From: Octopus vulgaris | Lineage: Eukaryota | Assembly: GCA_951406725.2 (NCBI GenBank) | Contig: OX597822.1 | Location: 59,334,001 to 59,398,000, forward strand | Length of the DNA: 64,000 nt | Reading direction: 5' to 3' | Shown here: in pieces, positions 24,902 through 38,500 of the stretch | How positions within the stretch are numbered: position 1 is the first letter of the stretch | Layout of the letters: each line of letters begins with the position of its first letter | The notes under the pieces: model-generated | What the model saw: the letters and a program-made list of their open reading frames with translations, nothing else | Told to the model about the DNA's origin: nothing | Database searches by the model: none | Made by a program: the position numbers and the translations under genes

Positions 24902-25289
24902 GCAGGACAAAAGTCCGCTGTGTGCTTCTGGCTTCGAAGTCTTGCTCGGAGTCAGCGCAAGAAGAATGAGAAGGAAAATGTTGTCTTTTCCTTAAATAAT
25001 GGCTGCAGGCGAGATCTCGCTGTTTCAAAATGGCGTTGGCTTCTATGTGCCTCGCAACAATCAAATGACTAAATTTTTATTTATTTGAATATAGGTTAAC
25101 ACATGTATCAAATCACATGTTACCATTTAAAACAAACATTCTCTTTACAAGTTTCCAGTTTCATTGTTCACTCTTAAAGAGTTGGATGTGAAACTCCAAG
25201 TTATAAAATATGAATCTACAGCGTAATGAGCACAACATATTTCGACTGTTTACACTCAATATTGCGTATTGTATTATATTCTTCTAATC

Positions 25290-25320
25290 TATGTAAAATT
25301 CTTTAAATTCAAGTATGTGT

Positions 25321-25351
<31 letters not shown>

Positions 25352-25768
25352 TACACACATATATAAACTTCGATCATATAATAATATAAATAATTTATAA
25401 ATATATACATACATATATGTACATGCATATATATGTATATATACATGCATATATGGGTACAGGACATAAAAAAACGTAAACACAATGAGAAAGGAGGATA
25501 TAAAAACAAAAACATAGAAAACGAACTTTTTTCGAACAACGAAAAAACACAAACAGAGAAACGAGACATCAACATAAAGAGCATTCCCTTCTTCAGTTGT
25601 CCCCTGTTTTTTCTACTCCGCTGATAAATATTCTTTATGCTGCATGTCTCGTTCCTCTGTTTATTTATTTTTTTCGTTGATCGAAGAAAGTTCGATTTCT
25701 ACGTTTTTGTTTTTTATGTTCTCGTTTCTCATTGTGTCTACTTCTTTTTGATGTTTTGTACCCATATA

Positions 25769-25826
<58 letters not shown>

Positions 25827-25900
25827 GTAGGTATGTATATATATATATGTATGTATATATGCATATATTTATATATTATTTATATATATATAAATTCATA
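25290..25900. mobile_element. Inverted pair of Penelope-like terminal repeats (family P)
   Basis: About 25440-25585 is an imperfect reverse complement of about 25630-25775, with a short spacer. Confidence 0.65.
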
Positions 25901-25969
25901 CATATTTGCATAGATGCATGTATATATATACTTGTATACATTTGTGTATATGTATGTGTATATATATAT

Positions 25970-25970
25970 G

Positions 25971-26003
<33 letters not shown>

Positions 26004-26004
26004 A

Positions 26005-26065
<61 letters not shown>

Positions 26066-26180
26066 GTCTATCTATCTATCTGTCTATCTACCTATCTATC
26101 TATCAATCTATCTATCTATCTACCTATCTATATATCTACCTATCTATCTATCGATCTGTCTATTTCCGTATACATACAGA

Positions 26181-26225
<45 letters not shown>
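25970..26225. repeat. (TATC)n and (AG)n microsatellites
   Basis: Directly visible. Confidence 0.95.
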
Positions 26226-26226
<1 letters not shown>

Positions 26227-26754
26227 AGTAAGGAGAAAGTGAATTTTCTGATATCACCTGCACACTGTTGTTGATGCTGTTATTTAGCCTCAGACCAGCC
26301 TCATCGACTCTATCTACGATCAAAGGAGTTCCAGCCGTGACTATCTCATCCCATCCCATCTAATCCCATCATTTTAAATCTATAACGCTCATTCAATGTG
26401 TCCTACATTATATATCATGTTGTTTTGTTATTTGAGTGAACTTTAGTTGCTATCTCTAGCCAGTCGGAAGAAGAAGTAGAAACTGCTTTTTTGTTAGTGC
26501 GCCACTTGCAGATTATGAGAAATGAGGGCTTGTTGTCGGTTTGTCATCATGTGATATTTCTTAATCAGCAACATAGAATTGGAATTTGGAATTTCATTTT
26601 TTGTTTAAGTTTTTTTTTCTCTTTTTTATTCACAAACAGTGGATAACGGAAACCTTATGAGAACCCGTTTTTCGCGACAATCATTCGTTTCTCCTATTTG
26701 CACAAAACACACAGTTTCAGTTAAGTTTCTCCATCGTCATTATTGCCTTTGTCA

Positions 26755-27025
26755 TCATGATCATAATCATGACCACCACCACCACCACCACCGTCACCAC
26801 CAGCACCAGCACCATCACTACCACCGCCACCAAACCACCACCACCACCAAACAACCACCACCAAATCACCACCACCACCACCACTACCACCACCACCACC
26901 ACCAAACCACCACCACCACCACCACCACCACCATCCTCATCACGGTCGTCATAGTCATAATCATGATCGTCATCGTTGTTGCCGTCATCTTCATCCTTGT
27001 TTTCATCTTTGTCATCGTCGTCGTG
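26755..27025. repeat. (CAC)n/(CAT)n low-complexity tract
   Basis: Directly visible. Confidence 0.9.
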
Positions 27026-27571
27026 AACCACATTAGCTATGAATAGCATTTGCCGTGAAGGTCTTGTTAATGCCATTAAAAAGCCAACGCATCACCAACA
27101 AAAATAATATGAGGTGTAAAATAATAACAATATCATTTGACTAAAATAACCAATTAATCAGCTCTGAGTATGTTCTGTTCTGATTTTTCTTTTATGCCTT
27201 GGTCAAAAGAAGTGGACAGTTTCTATGGTCTCAAACGCTCTCTTTGTCTGGTGAAATCAATGAGTTTAATATTCAGCTTAAACATCACTGTGGCAGTGAC
27301 GGCTGAAGGACAAACTTGGGCCGAGAAGGAATATGTTGAAACACAGTAAAAGTGACGAGAAGAGGAAAGACATATCTTTCAGTGAGCTTAGATGAATCTT
27401 TTTTAAGGTGGAGAACTCTCTCCATCGGGCAGGAAATGGTGATATTTTGGTGTGGCGTGTGACTTCAGAACGGGTCAAAGGGATTTTTCATTGATATGAA
27501 AACTGATATGAAAAATCTAAACAAATAGCAACATCATCGTCAACAACAACAACAGCAGAAACAACGATAAA

Positions 27572-27780
27572 TCCTTTCTACTATAGGCATAAGGCCTGAA
27601 ATTTGGGAGAGGGGATAAATCGATTACATCAACAGCAGTGTTTCATTGGTACCTAACTTATCGATCCCGAAAGGATGAAAGGCAAAGTCGATCTCGGTGG
27701 AATTTGAACTCAGAATTTAAAAACTGATGAAATACTGCTATTTTGACCAGCGTGCTAGCACTTTTGCTAGCTCGCCGCTT
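27572..27780 (-). mobile_element. SINE family A
   Basis: Tail, body and head on the minus strand. Confidence 0.8.
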
Positions 27781-27790
27781 TAATAATAAT

Positions 27791-29370
27791 TGTTATAATC
27801 CTTATGGATAAACGAATACACTGCAACAGTGTAATAATATAATCGAAACAAACGGCAGTAACCACACGGAACGTAACAACGATCTTTTAAGAACCAACAA
27901 TCCAACACACTAACTCGAATTGTGAATTTTGAACTCTAGCTTTGAACTTTCAACACACTAACTGTAGAACTAGCACGATGATTTTATTAAAACCACAAGG
28001 GTTAAAGAAAGAGGGGACAATACACGGGACAAATAGAGGTTGGGGACTTGTCGGATGAGATTACTTATAGTGAATACAAACATTATAATTACGAATGAAA
28101 ATGAAATAATGAATGGACGCGGAATGGGTTTGGCCCTACAAACCACATTCCTGCGTTGAACCGTTTACTTCGCCCTTTTTCTTTTTTTTTTTCCTCTGAT
28201 TAATTAGGCACTTACATACCCAACATTCGGACTACTTTCTTCCATCAGTTTCTGTACTTTTTTAACGTCATGCATTTCTTCCCCAGAAGTACCTTCCCTC
28301 TTAGGTGATATAAAAAGAGGTTAATCAAAGCACGCCCGGAGACGAAGTTGCCTGATGCAATACCTCTTCCACACGTCTTCCATATCGCATCTTTCGCTAT
28401 AGCTATTACGGCTAGAAAGCAGAACTTCTCTTCTTAGAGAAGACGGCGGAACGATCTTAATAATCGACTCAGCTGACAGCTGTACTCTCCCAAGTTGTGA
28501 CAATCCCCGTTCGGTAGAAACCCACAGGTGTTCTACCGCTTTACTTCTTTTTTTAATAAGTCGTTCAATGGAACTCTTAACTTGTGCATACTAGGAATAG
28601 CTTGCCAACCCAAGAAATGCTTGAAAAGTTGGAATATTTGTCCGCGCAAGCATATTCCTTATTGCGTCTGCCCTCGTCGGGTCAGGACGTCAACCACTTT
28701 TATCAATTATTTGCCCTAATTACTTAATTTGGGGTAGAAAGAATTCGCATTTTCCTTCCTACAAAGTGAACCCGAAAACTTTAATTTTCTTAAACACAGT
28801 TTTTATGTTACACATGCTGTTCACGAGAATTACTCTTTATCAAAATATCGTCCAAGTACGGGATTGCAAATTCACAGATACCATAGTATGCTGGTGCAAC
28901 TTCTAATCGTGTGTATCTGTACAATCCTCTGGGTGTATTTATTGTCAAATACTTTGATAAATGATTTGAACACATCCTGAGTAAGATCCTGGAGTTTGAA
29001 ATTTTCGTACATAGGTTGACTACTCTGGCGTAGGTGATAAAATCCTCCTCCACGTTTTTTTTACGTTCCAACACTCCATTCTGGTGTTGAATAATGAACT
29101 TCTACCACAAAAAATTTTTGAAAGCAATTCAACTCGATTTTTTGGGCAGCATAAAGTTACAGTATCGCTCATGTTCGGCAGGAGCTATCTTGCGTAGTAA
29201 AAGCCTTACTTTCTGCTCCTCCGACCATGACTTGCACTCGTTAAAAATTTCCTCGATTCTTCTATAATACGCGGGAAACGTAATACCCTCCTCTGGATTA
29301 TACGTAAATTCAGAAATTGCGTTAGCCACGCAGTCTGGCGTAAACGAGGACTTTAACTCAATTAACTGTT
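27791..29370 (-). mobile_element. Internally deleted Ty3/Gypsy LTR retrotransposon
   Basis: gag-like ANAISEFTYNPEEGITFPAYYRRIEEIF...KVRLLLRK; RT motifs LTINTPRGLYRYTRL and PYLDDILI; integrase C-terminus-like VWKRY..QLR. Possible LTR at about 27791-28140. Confidence 0.8.
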
Positions 29371-29394
29371 GTTAATCGCACAATAATAATAATG

Positions 29395-29596
29395 GCTTCA
29401 AATTTTTCCACAAGGGCAGCAGTTTTGAGGGAGGGAATGAGTCGATTACATCGACCTCAGAGTTCTTACTTTATCGACCCCAAAAGGATGAAAGGCAAAG
29501 TCGAGCTCAGCAGAATTTGAACTTAGAACGTAAAGAGGGCCAAACTACTGATAAGTATTTTGTCCAGCGTGCTAATGATTCTGCTTTCTCACCGCC

Positions 29597-29597
<1 letters not shown>
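29395..29597 (-). mobile_element. SINE family A
   Basis: Body and head on the minus strand; 5' end abuts (AAT)n at 29598-29727. Confidence 0.8.
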
Positions 29598-29681
<84 letters not shown>

Positions 29682-29696
29682 CAATAATAATAATAA

Positions 29697-29727
<31 letters not shown>

Positions 29728-29765
29728 ACCACTCTCTCTATGTCTGTCTGTCTGTCCGTCCCCCA

Positions 29766-30200
29766 TCTCTCTCTCTCTCTCTCACACTTTCTTCACTACT
29801 TTATTGACATCGTAAAATTCTTCAGCCGAAATCACACTTTCACGGACCAATTCAAACAGTAAGCTAGTTTTTCACGTTAGATTCAGATTAATTTAAAACG
29901 CTTCTCCTTCCAGCTTAAAGCTTAAATTCCTAAAATTTGCACTTTTATTCATTTATAGTCATATCAAAGTTAGCTATTTGAAACACCCTGACTGTTACAA
30001 TACTGAACCTATTCTTGAAAGCACATGTATTTCCTCTCTCTCTCTCTCTCTCTGTCACTTTCTTCACCACTTTTGAAGATTAATTTTGGACTTTGTAAAA
30101 TTCGTCAGCCGAAATCACACTTTCACAGACAAATTCGAACAGTAAGCTAGTTTTTCGTTAGATTCAGACTAACGCTCCTCCTTCCTTCTTTGGCTAAATC
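29766..30200 (+). repeat. Imperfect direct duplication (two ~150-bp copies)
   Basis: CACTTTCTTCAC...CAGCCGAAATCACACTTTCAC...AACAGTAAGCTAGTTTTTC at about 29785-29915 and 30055-30185. Confidence 0.85.
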
Positions 30201-30458
30201 TTAAATTTACAGGTGGGCACCTTCCCTTGGCCCTGGTACAACCGCCCTACCTACATCCTGTACTGTCTTCCCTGATGTCCAATATCTACCTGCCTCACTT
30301 CCATGTTTACAACCACTCCTAAGCAGTCCTACTACTCTACCTGTAAATATGAATGTATTTTACTGAACTTGTGTTAAATAGCTTCCTCTCTTCCCAAGTT
30401 AATCTTCCTTTTCTTTTCCTTTTATCTAACTTTCCTGTCTGTCTGTCTCCCCCCTCTC

Positions 30459-30519
<61 letters not shown>

Positions 30520-30679
30520 CTTCTACTAGCTTTGTTTTTAATTTTATTTTCATTTTATTTATTTTATTTATATTTATCCTTTTAAACATTTTAAAATATT
30601 TATTTTTTTAAATTTCATTTTATGTCTTTTTTTTAACTTTCTGTCAATCATGGGAGTTGAGCACCCATCATTTATAAAA

Positions 30680-32875
30680 TGCCCCAATGGACTGCGCAAG
30701 ACCTGTCCTCTGACAGTCAAGCCATACTTCTCCGCCAAACCAACAGGAGAAAAGTGAGAAAAGGCGAGTGTCTGGCGCCTTCAAATAACCAGTGCTCCGA
30801 GTAGGCTGTACTCGTTAGCCATGAATGGCAAGCAGCCTAGTAAAAGGAGCACTCTGAGTTCAAAACCAGAGAGGCAAGGGCTCTTCCACCTTGGCAGACT
30901 ACCTTGATAGAGATGGTGTCTCGATAAAAATACCGGGTGGTAGTACCCTAAAAACACACCTCATTTTTGAGTGAAAATGCCAAGCACTCCAGTGGATGCG
31001 AATGGCGTGCCTGTCAGAGGGTAGAGAAAACGAATGCACGGTGAATGAAAGTCAATGTAAATGTTCGAAATTACCGAACAGAGATTATGTGACCAAGTAA
31101 GAGCAATACAAAAAAAATTGGATGGTTGACAGAATCGGAGCTAGAATCTATTAAAAAGAGGATATCGGGTGAGGCTGGGAACGCGAGAAATGAAAGTGCT
31201 ATAGTGGAAGAGATGGACAATTGTTCGCAAAAATATAATACCATGAATTGAGAGAGAATTGAGATCAGTGACAACTCAAACAATGAAGATCGATTAATAA
31301 TAGCTTTCAGTTGTAAGACACGCTAATATGCATGATAGAGAAGCACTTCATAAACTCTCAAATAGAATCCAAAACAGACAAATTAAAATTGGAAACTATG
31401 TAACAAAGGAAATTATAATGAATTAAAACCAGATCTTACTGAATTAAATGAAATTATTTACGCAGCTGCTAAGACAATTGAAACAAGTTGTATACCTCTA
31501 AGAAAACAAAGAAATACAAACTTAAGGAGAATTCCAAACTGGAAAAGTAAAATTTAAAAAGAGCTTGAAGTAGCGAGAGGTGAATATCAATATTGAATTA
31601 ACTAATTTATGGAAACAATGTAAAAACCAGAAAAGGAAGAAAGATTCTCACCAAGAAAAACATAGATTCTCACCAGCAAAAGAAACACTGCAACAAAAAG
31701 TCCAAGCAGAAGCTCAAAGAATACGAAGATTTGAGAAGAGAAACAAATTTTACAAGCAAAATAAGCTGTTCACATCCAATGCGAAAACATCCTACAGATA
31801 AATAGGGAAGAAGAAAATAACCGTTGCAGACCCTCCACCCCTACCATGGAAGAAGTTGAAAATTTCTGGAAAAATATCTGGAGTGATAAAAAGATGTACA
31901 ATGAAAATGCAGACTGGATTAGACGCACAGAAGGATCCTATCAAAACTTACCAGAACAAACATGGGAAAACATCACAATAGCAGACCCCAGGATAACACT
32001 CACGAAAGCTCATAAGTGGAAATTTCCTGGTAATGATAAGGTGCCAAATTTCTGGCTCGACTCGCTCCCGTGCGCATACGAAAAGTTAGTCCAGTTATTC
32101 AATGAAATTATGAGAGATCCTCCGAAACACCTGATTGGTTAGCAAGAGGTATTACTTGAAATTATGAGAGATCCTCCGAAACACCTGATTGGTTAGCAAG
32201 AGGTATTACTTACCTACTGCTGAAGAATAATGAAAGCAAATTTCCCCAAACCTATCGGCCCATAACATGTCTATCTACCGCGTATAAAATTTTAACACCC
32301 ATCTTCGTGGAACAAACACAAATTTATGAAACAGAACTATATTTTCCTCACTGAACAAAAAGGGTGCCGACAAGACTCATATGGATTCAAAGACCAACTC
32401 TTAATCAATCGCATTATCCTTGAGAACTGTCATAACAAACGCAGAAATCTCAGTTCTGCATGGATTGATTATAAAAGGCCTTCGACAGTATATAGCATAG
32501 ATGGATCTTGAAATCGCTATGTGGAATACGAATCTCCGGTTATACTACTCTAATGGAGTACTGATCACAAAATATATTAATATCAACTGCGGCACTTTTC
32601 AAGGTGACTCACTTTCACCTTTATTTTCTGCATAGCCCTAATACCCATCACAAGTGAACTTAACAGAACAGGGTATGGATATAAAATTGGCGACAAGAAA
32701 ATAAGTCATCTATTTTATATGGATGACTTAAAACTCTATGACAAAGACGATAATAAGCTTGAAGGACTACTACGTACTGTGAAAGCATTCAGTGATGACA
32801 TTGAAATGGTATATGGTCTTGACAAATGTGCTAAGGCCACTTTCCAGAAGGAGAAACTGAAGGCCTCACTCACAT
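30680..32875 (+). mobile_element. R4/Dong-like non-LTR retrotransposon, 5' UTR to RT, 3'-truncated
   Basis: QRIRRFEKRNKFYKQNKLF, FWKNIW, WKFPGNDKVPNFWL, YRPITCLSTAYKILT, EQKGCR..KDQLLIN, AWIDYK, QGDSLSP and HLFYMDDLKL. Confidence 0.9.
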
Positions 32876-33464
32876 TCAGTGGTGTTGGATATTGACACAG
32901 AGTTGCTATTCTGCGAAAGAATAATGAAGAAATTGTTTTCAATGAGAAATACGGGGATGAGACTCATTAAGGATGATGGTGAGAGAAAGAGATGCGAGTA
33001 AAAGTGAGCCATCGGCGAATGGGTGCGCAGGTTACTGGTTCAGAAAATCAGAGGGTGTTATAATGACTGTGAAAGTGGTTGGCAGTGAATTTTAAGTTTA
33101 CTGTACATAGAGCTCAGCTTTAATATTACAACTTCAGGCAAGAAGCAAGCGGTCTTTAAATGTAATCTCGCTGCGAAATTTCAAAGTTACATGAAAATTG
33201 CGATAGAATGGATGGGACAACTGAATACAAAGTTTCATGTTTTCTTGCGTAGTAAGTGAATTATAGTTTCCTTTACTCACTCTCTCCTCTTTAAGTATAG
33301 TGCATATGCACGGCAGAGTGGGATTTTCATGTGTGTGTGTGTGTATTTGTACGTAAAAGTGGTAGTTTCCAGCTGCTTTTATGATTAATAATAGGTATAC
33401 CCATGAAAATGTGTTTTTATATATGTATGTATGCATGCATCTATGTACGTGTGTATCTATATGT

Positions 33465-33495
<31 letters not shown>

Positions 33496-35056
33496 CGTGC
33501 GTGCGCGCGCTCACGTGAATGTATGCGTGTACTTTTCTTGTGTGTTTGTATGATATAAAGGTAAAGACACACCCTATTAGTTACTATGAAAACGATCTTT
33601 TCCATCAACACGTATTGGGGTTGAATTCTAATAACAATTTACTGATAAAATGAGATAACGGTTTCTGTGAAACATCAAGCAGACAAATTGAAAACAATCT
33701 GGCATGGCTCAGATCAGTTAAACTTGTTTTTCTTACGCTCATACGGATATACATACACACGCACACTTGTATACCAACACCTAAATCCTACCAATTCAAC
33801 CCACTTACTTTACTTTTCATTTCCCCGCCAAAGTTCTTGGATTTGCCCAGTTAAACCTCACGTAGCCTCTCTTTGGTATTTCATTTCGTTTTTCTTCGTT
33901 TGGTGTCCATTTGCCTCAATGTGATGTGTTATTTCTTTTCGCTCTCCATCTGGTCCTTGTTTTTTTTTGTTTCGTGATCTTGTTGGAGAGACAAGTTGCC
34001 ATGTTTACTATTACTATCAACTAACATTTAACGAACAAAACCCAGTATGATATAGAAAGCATTGAAATCTCGGTCAAATCGCATTCTACCGTCTTACAAA
34101 AGAAGGACAGAATTGAAAACATAATCTCTGGTATAAAAAAGATCGGTGGTCGTGGCAGGAGTGCTTTTGACTAGAAATAGTAGCAGGAATGCTTTTGACT
34201 ACAAATCTGCTTGATTGATTCGATGCACCATTTAGAAATCTATCTTAATTTCTCTTGTTTTCGTTTCTTTAGTTTGTCTACATTTTCCTTCATTCATCCG
34301 TAGTGCCAAATGAACAAGAAATTCATTGCTTTTCACTCATAATAAAACACATCAATAATTGGTCCATATTTTGTAGCAAAGATAACAAATATAAACAAAA
34401 AAGAAAAGCAAAGAAAAACAAAAGTAAAAAGCCAAAATTGTAACAATACGTAGGAAATCAATTATTGTCTGGTTCTAAAATAATTTGAAATTATGTGGCC
34501 CCTAGAGAGAATAAACATGTCTATCAATCGAAGATATGAAATTTCGACCAAGCTGGAATGTAACGAGTTTATGCTGTACGGGTAGTTCTATAATTTTAGA
34601 ACGCATTCATTGGGGAAAACAAACTCACAACTCTATTCCACTGTATTTGTCTGCTATAAAATCTCGAGTATGCAAAATCCATAGAGCAGTGGTATTTTTT
34701 CAGTCCTCGTTGTCTTTTCCTTAACATACAGCCATTACATAAAGCATGAAGTTTCTGAGCAAGGATGAGCTGGTAGTTATAAAGATCTACCCCCCTCTCT
34801 TTCTCGTTCTTTCCAGTGTGATCCAGAGGAAACTGAAGCAACACCAGTTTGAGCAAGTTAACTTAATAACAAACGTATATAAAAGAACCGTAGGAAGTTA
34901 TTCGGCAAGTAATATAAACAAAAAAGCTCACAAATTAGAATAAATCAAGTTCTTATCTACCTATCGATATATATATATATATCTTAAGCACATATATTAA
35001 ATGTTAATTTAAGGGTAAATATGTAATTGTTACAGTTACATATTTGTGCGTGTGTA

Positions 35057-35120
<64 letters not shown>

Positions 35121-35847
35121 TGTGTGTGTGTGACTGTATTTCCTGATACTTATAGAAAAATTGATGTCTTTTAATGCAATCTTTTTTGGTTATGGTTTAT
35201 TTTAATAAAATATTTATGTGTACATTTTCATAAATGTTTGTCTGAATAGAATTCTACGCATGCGTGAAACATCGGACGAAAGTGAAACATTGGAAGCAAA
35301 TCGAATGACAATGATAAGAATGACAATATCATGATTTTCATGGGGGATCACCAACCTTAAGGTTGGCTACTTCATTGGATGTGGGCTTATTAAAACAGCG
35401 TAAAATGTTCTTTACTATAGTTTACTACAGACGTAAGGAACTCAGAAACGTCAAATCGCCATTACTACGGAGAATGTGTTCTCAAGAAAAATCTCAGCAA
35501 AACTCCAAAATGTAAAAATGAGCAAGATCAATGAAAATATACGAAATAAAAAACCATTACCTACGTACCAATGGTTTCACTTGTCAATATTCCCAAGTAT
35601 AACAATGTATATATATATATATATATATATGGATGGTCATTTTATTTTTGCTATTTAAACATACGCACTACTTATTTGATTTTCACTTTCATCTTTATTC
35701 GTATTATTTTCAGTTTATACATCTATCTAAATTCTTTCGTTGCACATGCTGTGACCTCATCAGTTACCTTCTGTCACATGTGTCTCCATTTTGTCCTTCG
35801 GAATATATCTCTATCTGAGCATGAGTTTACGTGTGTGTTTACATATA

Positions 35848-35893
<46 letters not shown>

Positions 35894-35899
35894 AGGGTT

Positions 35900-37000
35900 T
35901 GTATATTATAGTGTTTGTACCCGTGTCATTTATTTTTCTCTTCATTCCGTCTTTAATCGCCAGGTAGGGTAGTATGATGGAGTGTGAGGGTGTTATTACT
36001 CTATTCACGTTTTCTGTCGAAGCTCGGTCTATCTTCTGTTATCTGTGTGACCTCCGTAATCAGTGTCATGTCTGCTCCATTTGTCGATAAGATCATAACA
36101 TTTATGTTGTCATCCGAGCCTCCACGTTCTAATTGAGCGTGTTAGTAGAGCACTGGCGAGTTTTCTCTTCCTTGAGTTCCCGCTAATGTTCAGTTATCCG
36201 CTCACCTAGGCTACGTGCTATCTCTGCAATATACGCCGTTGTCTTGTTTCTGCACCGTCCCTCTGTACGTATTATACTATAGACGACATTCCTAGTTTTA
36301 CAGTTTATCTGTGGGTTTATACTATATACTATACAGTTCCTATCCGTACAGGGATTTCTTTCAAATGGGTATGTTCTATAGATCAGGGATTTTAAGGAGG
36401 TCCCTGGTCTTTCTACAACTTTAATCCATAGTATTTCCTAAAAATATATGCTAGTTCGCCTCCAGGGGTTGCATTGACGAATATGACACCCTGGTATTTT
36501 TGGCTGTCGTACCATTAGTTGGCATTGTCTATCTTCTTAGTTCTTCTATGCTATTTCAGAATTTACTCTTGTATAGCGCGCAGATCCTACTAGCGTCATT
36601 TTCCACGATGATCTTGTAATTTGCCCTGGATCCTTTGTATATTTTGATCCTATTTCTTCGGCTGTGTCCAGAGAACAGCATGCGGTGGTTGAAATGCGGT
36701 ATGTGTTTCTCTAATTCCGTTGGGTCGCATATGCGGGATACATTTCTCATCACACTTTTCAGGCCCGCTATTAAGATATTGAATTTGATAATATCTGCAA
36801 TACTTGCGTTCCGATGGATCTGATATTTGGCGGCCATAGATTTGTCACAGTAAGAATGGAGGTTTTGGATCTTGTTATTCTTGGTTTCCAACCAAAGCCC
36901 GTATCTAAAATAGGCAGTCTATAGTTAGGGTGCTTACTAGGATAATCTACTGTAACTTCAGTACTCTGGTGGATGGAGTTACCTATCCTTTAACTTCGTA
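35900..37000 (-). mobile_element. Penelope-like element, RT thumb + GIY-YIG endonuclease (degenerate)
   Basis: Minus strand CKTRNVVYSI...AYIAEIARSLGERITEH (GIY-YIG signature), preceded by the thumb-like ORF 36556-36891. Confidence 0.8.
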
Positions 37001-37299
37001 AACTATAGGTAACTCTCAGTCATTTAAGTTCACGACCCAATTTTGAATTCTATTAACGTCACTACGTGACTGTAAGAAAGATAATAACTAAATAAATAAA
37101 AGTAAAATATCAACATTACCAGACAGCCAGACTACACCAACACGAAATAACACTGCTTGCTGGAATATTTAATCTGTCCTACAGTATGGTGTGATGTGAC
37201 CCTGAACCAGGTGGAGTACTGCGAAATCTGTGGATTGTACTTCGTCGTTACATTGGAAACTTGCTAGAAATACCTGCTAAATCTTCCTCAGGTCACATC

Positions 37300-37347
<48 letters not shown>

Positions 37348-37547
37348 ACATACTGGACAATGATGTCCTTGTTGATACAATGAATGTCAGTCATCATATG
37401 TCTATATGTTTAAAGCTAATTTAGAGCTGAACAACAACAGTATCTGATTATCGAAATCACATTTTACAGTTTCTAAATATGTATTGAACGAAACGTATTG
37501 TCCTCTAAATGTCAGCGGAACAACAAGTAGTCAATATTTTTACTGCG

Positions 37548-38500
37548 AAGGCGGTGAGCTGGCAGAAACGTTAGCACGCCGGGCGAAATGCTTAGCAGTA
37601 TTTCGTCTGCCGTTACGTTCTTAGTTCAAAATTTCGCCGAGGTCGACTTCACTTTTCATCCTTTCGGGGTCGATTAAATAAGTACCAGTTACGCACTGTT
37701 GTCGATATAATCGACTTGATCCGTTTGTCTGTCCTTGTTTGTCCTCTCTGTGTTTAGCCCCTTGTGGGTAGTAAAGAAATAGGTATTTCGTCCGTCTTTA
37801 CGTTCTGAGTTCAAATTCCGCCGGGGTCGACTTTACCTTTCATCCTTTCGGAGTCGATTAAATAAGTATCAGTTACGCACTGGGGTCGATATAATCCATT
37901 TAATTCGTTTGTCTGTCCTTGTTTGTCCTCTCTGTGTTTAGCCCCTTGTGGGTAGTAAAGAAATAGGTATTTCGTCTGCCGTTACGTTCTGAGTTCAAAT
38001 TCCGCCGAGGTCGACTTTGCCTTTCATCCTTTCGGGGTCGATAAATGAAGTACCAGTTACGCAGTGGGGTCGATGTAAACGACTTATTACCGTTGTCTGT
38101 CCTTGTTTGTCCCCTCTATGTTTAGCCCCTTGTGGGTAATAATGAAATAAGTATTTCGTCTGCCGCTACGTTCTGAGTTCAAATTCCGCCGTGGTCGACT
38201 TTGCCTTTAATCCTTTCGGAGTCGATTAAATAAGTACCAGTTACGCACTGGGGTCGATATAATCCATTTAATTCGTTTGTCTGTCTTGTTTGTCCTCTCT
38301 GTGTTTAGCCCCTTGTGGGTAGTAAAGAAATAGATATTTCTTCCGTCTTCACGTTCTGAGTTCAAATTCGGCCGAGGTCGACTCTACCTTTCATTCTTTC
38401 GGGGTCGATAAATAAGAATCAATTGAACAATGGGGTCGATTTAATCGACTTCCCATCCCACGGAATTGCTAACCTTGTGCCAAAATTTGAAATCAATATT
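37548..38500 (+). mobile_element. Head-to-tail array of five SINE family A units
   Basis: First unit has the full head. Four further ~185-bp units restart at (G)TATTTC immediately after the tail ...GAAATA. Confidence 0.9.

Noticed and set aside
30690-30760. HDV-like ribozyme around CTGTCCTCTGACAG
   Set aside because: I could not assign consistent P1, P2 and P1.1 pairings by eye.
34500-34900. Possible small exons after pyrimidine tracts
   Set aside because: Stops follow quickly, donors are weak and no homology is recognisable; transcript data would be needed.
37548-38500. CRISPR-like regularly spaced repeats
   Set aside because: Whole ~185-bp units are repeated with no unique spacers, the context is eukaryotic, and there are no cas genes.
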